Source of the DNA: a bacterium | Lineage (GTDB): Bacteria; UBA8248 | Direction: 5' to 3' | NCBI GenBank assembly: GCA_965221165.1 | Contig: CBDCRP010000003.1 | Location: forward strand, 1,664,001-1,728,000 | Length of the DNA: 64,000 nucleotides | Part shown: piece by piece, positions 58,991 to 64,000 of the stretch | Layout of the letters: every line of letters starts with the position of its first letter | Position numbering within the stretch: the first letter of the stretch is position 1 | Made by a program: the position numbers and the translations under genes | Notes under the pieces: model-generated | The model's input: the letters and a program-made list of their open reading frames with translations, nothing else | Database searches by the model: none | What the model was told of the DNA's origin: nothing

Positions 58991-59980
58991 TTAGTTTCTA
59001 ATTTTGACCCCGGCATTTTTGAAAATAGTCTTGTTGCTATTGTACTCCGCCTTCAACTCCTTCAAGAGTTGCTCTTCGACAACCGGCTGGGAGCTAACGC
59101 CCATCTTCTTGAGAAGGCGCTTGAAGGTCTTGTCCTTGGCCATCTTGAGCAGGGCGTTCCTCAGAATCTCTATTCTGTCCTTGGGCGTTCCCGCGGGCGC
59201 CATGACGATTCGCTTCGAATGCAGGAGAAGGTCTACTCCCTCCTCCCTGAGAGTCGGGACATCCGGAAACGTTTTGTATCGCTTCGCGGCGGCGACGGCC
59301 AGAATGCGTATTTTGCCGGATTTGTAGTTGGAGAGAACGCCGCCCGTCGCCGGGTTGGCGCCCGCCGTTTGCACGTGTCCGCCCAGCATGGCGAGCATGG
59401 CCGGGCCGCCACCTCGGAAGGGAACGTGGTTCAGCGTCGTCTTCGTGTCGTAGGCGATCTTGAGCAGCATGGTGTGGCTGAGGCCATACGCTCCCGTAGA
59501 GCCGTGCATGATCTTGCCTTTGCTCTTTTTCGCCGCGGCGATGTATTCCTTGAAATTCTTCCAGGGCCTGTTCCCCAACGAGACCAGCAGATAGGGAAGC
59601 TCGTTAATCTGAAAAACGGGGATGAAATCCTTGAAGGGGTCAATACCCATGTCCTTCACATGGGTAGACAGGTAGAGCTGGCTGTTCGAGCCCATCAAGA
59701 GGGTGTAGCCGTCGGGTTTGGCCCGCTTGAGCGCTCCCATCCCTATCTTCCCGCCGCCGCCCGGCATGAGCTGCACGAACGCCGGCTGGCCGATGTATTG
59801 GTGAAGAACGCTGGCCACGGCGCGCGCATGGAGGTCGTGCGAGCCGCCCGCTCCTAAGGGCACGATGATCTTGATGGGTTTCGAGGGATACTTCTCCGCC
59901 GCCGCGGGGGGGGCGGTGAAAGTGAGGAGCCCGAGCGACAAGACTACCGCCAGGACGATCTTCCATGATTTGCGCATCAT
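58991..59980 (-). CDS. tctC: Tripartite tricarboxylate transporter substrate-binding protein
   Basis: YPSKPIKIIVP..AGGS.D, PGGGG, PDGYTLL, HVPFRGGGPA, PDVPTLRE. Confidence 0.9.
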   Translation of the reverse strand: MMRKSWKIVLAVVLSLGLLTFTAPPAAAEKYPSKPIKIIVPLGAGGSHDLHARAVASVLHQYIGQPAFVQLMPGGGGKIGMGALKRAKPDGYTLLMGSNSQLYLSTHVKDMGIDPFKDFIPVFQINELPYLLVSLGNRPWKNFKEYIAAAKKSKGKIMHGSTGAYGLSHTMLLKIAYDTKTTLNHVPFRGGGPAMLAMLGGHVQTAGANPATGGVLSNYKSGKIRILAVAAAKRYKTFPDVPTLREEGVDLLLHSKRIVMAPAGTPKDRIEILRNALLKMAKDKTFKRLLKKMGVSSQPVVEEQLLKELKAEYNSNKTIFKNAGVKIRN

Positions 59981-61515
59981 CTTGGTTCCTCCTTTGAATT
60001 GGATGAATTGGCTCCCGTTTGCGGCTTCAAGGTCGAAGCCCACGGACGCCTCCAAATACTCAACGTCAGCATCAGTACGGTCATGGCGATGAAAAAAGCA
60101 GCGATGGGGCGGGTGATGAAAACCGAATAATCGCCCCGTGAAATGATGAGCGTCTGCTGTAAGGCCTCCTCCGCCCGAGGCGCGAGAATGAACGCGATGA
60201 CGAGCGGGGCCATGGGAAATTTCAATTTCCTCAGCCCGTATCCGAACAGGCCCGCGATGAGCGCCAGAACGAGGTCGCCCAGGTTGCTGTGATAGACATA
60301 CGCCCCCACGAGGCAGGAGACGATGATGCCCGGCACCAGTAGCGACTGCCTGATGGTGACGATCTTGGCGAACATGCCCGTGAGCAGCCAGCCCTGGACC
60401 AGCATGATGGGGTTGCCCAGCAGGAGAAGCGTGAAGATGGCGTACATGACGGGGGCGTGTTCCTGAAAAAGGCTCGGCCCCGGCCGCAGCCCCTGGGCGA
60501 TGAACGCGCCCATGAGAATCGCAGCGCTCGGATCCCCCGGGATTCCGAACGTGAGGGTGGGTATCAGGTCCGCTCCCGCGACCGCGCTGTTGGCGGCTTC
60601 AGAAGCCGCGACGCCCTCGTAGCTGCCGTGGCCGAACTCCTCCGGTTTTTTGGATGCGCGTTTCGCCGCCGCGTAGCTCACGAAGGTGGCGATGGCCGCC
60701 CCCGTACCCGGAATCGCGCCGACGAATGTGCCTATCATGGACGAGCGCAGGATGGTGCGCGCGGAATGCCAGACCTCGATGATCTTGAGCTTCCTGCCGC
60801 CTTTCAGGTGCAGGGTATCGGGCGGGCGCGCCAAATCGACGGCCCGCTTTTCCGCTTGGATGAAAACCTCGCTCATGGCGAAAAGCCCGATGAGTAGGGG
60901 CACCACTCCCACTCCTTCGGCCAGGCCGGGAAGGCCGAACGTGAAGCGCTCCCCTCCCGAGACGATGTCCGTACCCACCATGCCGAGTTGGAGTCCGATG
61001 AGGGCGGAGAGTATTCCCTTCACCACGGAGGTCCCCGTAACACTGGAGATGATGGCCATTCCCATGAGCAGGAGCCCGAAAAACTCGGCCGGCCCGAACA
61101 GGAGCGCCACCGCGGCCAGCGGAAGCGCCGCCAGGATGAGTACGAGATCGCTGAAGGTATCCCCGATGGTGGAGGAATAGAGCGCCATCTGGATGGCGCT
61201 CCTCGCCTCTCCTTTTTGCGCGAGCGGAAACCCGTCCATACACGTCGCCGCAGCGGGCGCGGTTCCCGGCGTGTTCACCAGAATGGCCGGAATGGAGCCG
61301 CCGAAGAGCGTTCCCTTGTGAATCCCCAGCAGAAAGGGGATACCCAACACGGGCGGCATGAAAAACGAGAAGGGAACCAGAATCGCCGTCGCCATGACGC
61401 TGGTGAGTCCCGGAATCGCTCCCACCGTGATGCCTACGAAGACGCCCACCGCTATCATGGCCAGACCCTGCCATGTGAGCGCCATCGTGATCCCCTGGAG
61501 TATCTGCTCGAACAT
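59977..61515 (-). CDS. tctA: Tripartite tricarboxylate transporter large permease
   Basis: GAIPGL, GGSIPAILVNTPGT, GAIPGTG, SEAANSA, TFGIPG, GLRPGP. Confidence 0.93.
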   Translation of the reverse strand: MFEQILQGITMALTWQGLAMIAVGVFVGITVGAIPGLTSVMATAILVPFSFFMPPVLGIPFLLGIHKGTLFGGSIPAILVNTPGTAPAAATCMDGFPLAQKGEARSAIQMALYSSTIGDTFSDLVLILAALPLAAVALLFGPAEFFGLLLMGMAIISSVTGTSVVKGILSALIGLQLGMVGTDIVSGGERFTFGLPGLAEGVGVVPLLIGLFAMSEVFIQAEKRAVDLARPPDTLHLKGGRKLKIIEVWHSARTILRSSMIGTFVGAIPGTGAAIATFVSYAAAKRASKKPEEFGHGSYEGVAASEAANSAVAGADLIPTLTFGIPGDPSAAILMGAFIAQGLRPGPSLFQEHAPVMYAIFTLLLLGNPIMLVQGWLLTGMFAKIVTIRQSLLVPGIIVSCLVGAYVYHSNLGDLVLALIAGLFGYGLRKLKFPMAPLVIAFILAPRAEEALQQTLIISRGDYSVFITRPIAAFFIAMTVLMLTLSIWRRPWASTLKPQTGANSSNSKEEPR

Positions 61516-61523
61516 ACGCGACC

Positions 61524-62000
61524 TTAACTAAAAAGACTGCCTTCGGGCAGCGCCAGCTTGAAGGCGAACCAGAAGAAATAATTCACCACGATGGGGAACA
61601 GAATGGCCATGGAGACGACGTACCGCCAGTCGCGCGTACCCATGAAGGTGATCAGGATCGCGAGAAAAACGGGAGAACTCACCAGAAAGCCGAAATACGC
61701 CAAAGACTCGACGTAGACGTAGCAGAGGACGAAAACGGCGCAGACTTGCAATAGCGCTCTTTTACTCGTGATCGTTTGCGCGCCCGCTTCATTTCTCCTG
61801 AGCGCTCCGAACAGGAACACGAGGCTCACCAACCCGAAGGTGACGACGGCCGAGGTGGGAAAAAACGTCGGCAGGAAGACGGCGTTCGAGACCTCTTCGG
61901 GCGGAATGGCGTATTGAATCTGTGTGGGAATGATATAGAAAAAACCGATGAGGCTATAGAGCAGAAAAACGACCGCTGTACAGACATCGGCTCTTCGCAC
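61524..62000 (-). CDS. tctB: Tripartite tricarboxylate transporter small permease
   Basis: Hydrophobic, PTFFP, YFGFLVSS, LALPEG; directly upstream of tctA; GTG start assumed. Confidence 0.8.
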   Translation of the reverse strand: MRRADVCTAVVFLLYSLIGFFYIIPTQIQYAIPPEEVSNAVFLPTFFPTSAVVTFGLVSLVFLFGALRRNEAGAQTITSKRALLQVCAVFVLCYVYVESLAYFGFLVSSPVFLAILITFMGTRDWRYVVSMAILFPIVVNYFFWFAFKLALPEGSLFS

Positions 62001-62273
62001 GTCCGGCCCCCTAAGCGGTTGTGGAATACACGCTGCCCTCATTCATGCCGCCGCCGAGGCCACAGCCTTGATTCCTGGATGCGCCGTCACTCTTGAATCT
62101 TCTTTGCGTATGAGAAAAAGACTAGCAAGAATCGCCGCGCGTGTCATCTTGAGAAGAGGCTCGAAAGCGGGTTCTACCATAATCATCCTCCACTCCCTCT
62201 CTAGTGAAATGTGGGATAAGCTACTGGAAATTGTCTTGCCCATTTCAAAATTCAAATTTGTCAGGAGTGTATA

Positions 62274-63556
62274 TGAGCACCGACCCAACAATCATATGCC
62301 CGGAGTGTTCTGAGGAGATCAAACTTACAGAGTCATTAGCAGCGCCTCTTATCAAAACCGTCCAAACGGAATACGAGGCAAAAATCACTGAGAAAGAAAT
62401 GGAAGTTTCAAAGCGCGAGAATGAAATTCGCGCCCAACAAAGAGATATCGAGCGCGCGCAAAATGCGATTGATGAACAAGTTGCAGAAAAACTAAAAATG
62501 GAACGCGCTGCAATTTCGGAGGAGGAAGCTCAAAAGGCGAAACGTGCCGCTGCGTCTGACCTAGAAGCTAAAACAAAGGAGTTGGAAGAACTCGAAGAAG
62601 TCCTTAAGCAACGTGATCAGAAGCTGGAAGAGGCACAAAAAGCTGAAGCTGAACTACGTCGTAAGCAGCGCGAACTCGATGATGCCAAGCGCGAGTTAGA
62701 GCTAACTGTGGAAAAACGTGTCCAAGCCTCCGTGGAGGAAGTACGACAGAAAGCGAAGCAAGATGCAGAAGAAGACCTCAGGCTCACGGTCACAGAAAAG
62801 GAAGAACAGATTTCCTCGATGAAGCGCCAAATTGAGGATTTACAAAAAAAGGCAGAACAAGGATCCCAACAACTACAAGGGGAAGCTCTTGAACTGGAGC
62901 TTGAAACAAGATTGAACGTGAAATTTTCGTCAGATAGCATCGAGCCTGTTCCGAAAGGTGAGTCTGGCGCTGATGTGATCCAAAAGGTTGTTGGTCCGAT
63001 AGGTCAGACTTGTGGTCATATCCTCTGGGAATCAAAAAGGACTAAAAACTGGAACGATGAATGGCTTGCAAAACTCAGAAATGACCAACGCGCGGCCAAA
63101 GCGGAGATTGCTATTATCGTATCGACTGCATTGCCAAAAGACATAGAGACATTCGGGAATAGAGACGGCGTATGGATAACAGAACCTCGTTTTGCAATGC
63201 CACTGGCGGGTTGTCTTCGCCAATCTTTAATCGACGTGGCGAATACCCGAAAAGCACAAGAGGGTCAAGAAACAAAAATGGAGATGGTTTACCAGTATTT
63301 GACGGGGCCAGGATTCAAACACCGGGTAGAAGCAATCGTTGAAAAATTTTCAGATATGCAAGAGGACCTCGATAGAGAACGAAAAACCATGACACGATTG
63401 TGGGCGAAGCGCGAAGCACAAATCCAAGGAGTCATAGAATCAACGGCTGGCATGTATGGAGATCTCCAAGGCATTGCTGGCCGTGAACTTCAAGAAATTG
63501 AAAGTTTGGAGATCCCTCTTCTTGACGCCGGTGTGATTGATCATGATGGTGAGTAA
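62274..63556 (+). CDS. DUF2130 family coiled-coil protein with C-terminal nuclease-like domain
   Basis: IICPEC..I.L, long coiled coil, GSQQLQGE.LE, ILWESKRTKNW; AT-richer; AGGAG RBS. Confidence 0.85.
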
Positions 63557-63716
63557 CAACAAAAGGATCGTAGTACGATGACCAAATATATGCGCATATC
63601 GAATTTTAGGAGCTTTGCAGAGTTTGTTTTTGAAATAAGAAGGTCCTAGGGTTCAAGATTTCGTCAATTGAAGCACGAATTTTTTGAAAAATTACATTGC
63701 AAGAAGGAGTGGGTTC

Positions 63717-64000
63717 ATGTCCAGAGTCCCGTTGCTCGGCCGAGAAGGCGCGGAGGGAGAGATCGCGCGCACCTTCGGCATCCTGGGTAACTTCCAGCGC
63801 AGGCAGGTCAATTCCACCCGGGCGACGGCGCACTCCCCGTTTCTCGCCCGCATTTTCTATCCCCTCGTCCAGACCCTGATGCGCGAGGGGCTCGGCACCG
63901 TCCTCTCCTCCAGGATAAAAGAAATCGCCGTCATCAAAACCAGCCGGATGAACGGGTGTGACTACTGACTCGCCCACAACACCGCTCTCGGCCGGGTGCT
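63717..64000 (+). CDS. AhpD/CMD-like protein with CxxU motif (predicted Sec, UGA 63966-63968); runs off the window
   Basis: KEIAVIKTSRMNG-C-DY-U-LAHNTALGRV; AAGGAG RBS; frame open to window end. Confidence 0.85.

Noticed and set aside
1-64000. Global UGA reassignment (Trp or Gly code) explaining the in-frame TGAs
   Set aside because: Many full-length genes end in TGA (3089, 19470, 21003, dnaX), TGG encodes Trp normally, and read-through TGAs map only to Cys positions.

Overview
Bacterial chromosomal window, moderately GC-rich. Housekeeping genes (thiE-thiL, serS, two tRNA-Ser, SRP RNA-dnaX-ybaB-recR, fhs, a cyclophilin) are interleaved with catabolic and transport genes, secreted proteins (two RTX paralogs, an S8 protease), defence-type genes (Type I R-M with fused M-S, AAA ATPase + TOPRIM-like pair, PD-(D/E)xK-like proteins) and four clusters of REP-like palindromes. 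Main result: the ORF track splits four genes at in-frame TGA codons that fall exactly on catalytic-Cys positions, so they are predicted selenoproteins. They are an AhpD-like protein with two UGAs (U-Y-G-U, 10086-10685), an adjacent OsmC-like (38206-38766) plus DUF442-like (38789-39238) pair, and a CxxU AhpD-like gene running off the window end (63717-). A YqeC-type selenium-cofactor accessory gene and an orphan Mo-hydroxylase large subunit add to the selenium theme. Also found: a ~295-nt unannotated structured RNA candidate with its own promoter (27540-27836, minus strand) and a two-copy non-coding element with 10-bp-phased T-tracts. All family assignments come from motif recognition by eye; no database searches were run.
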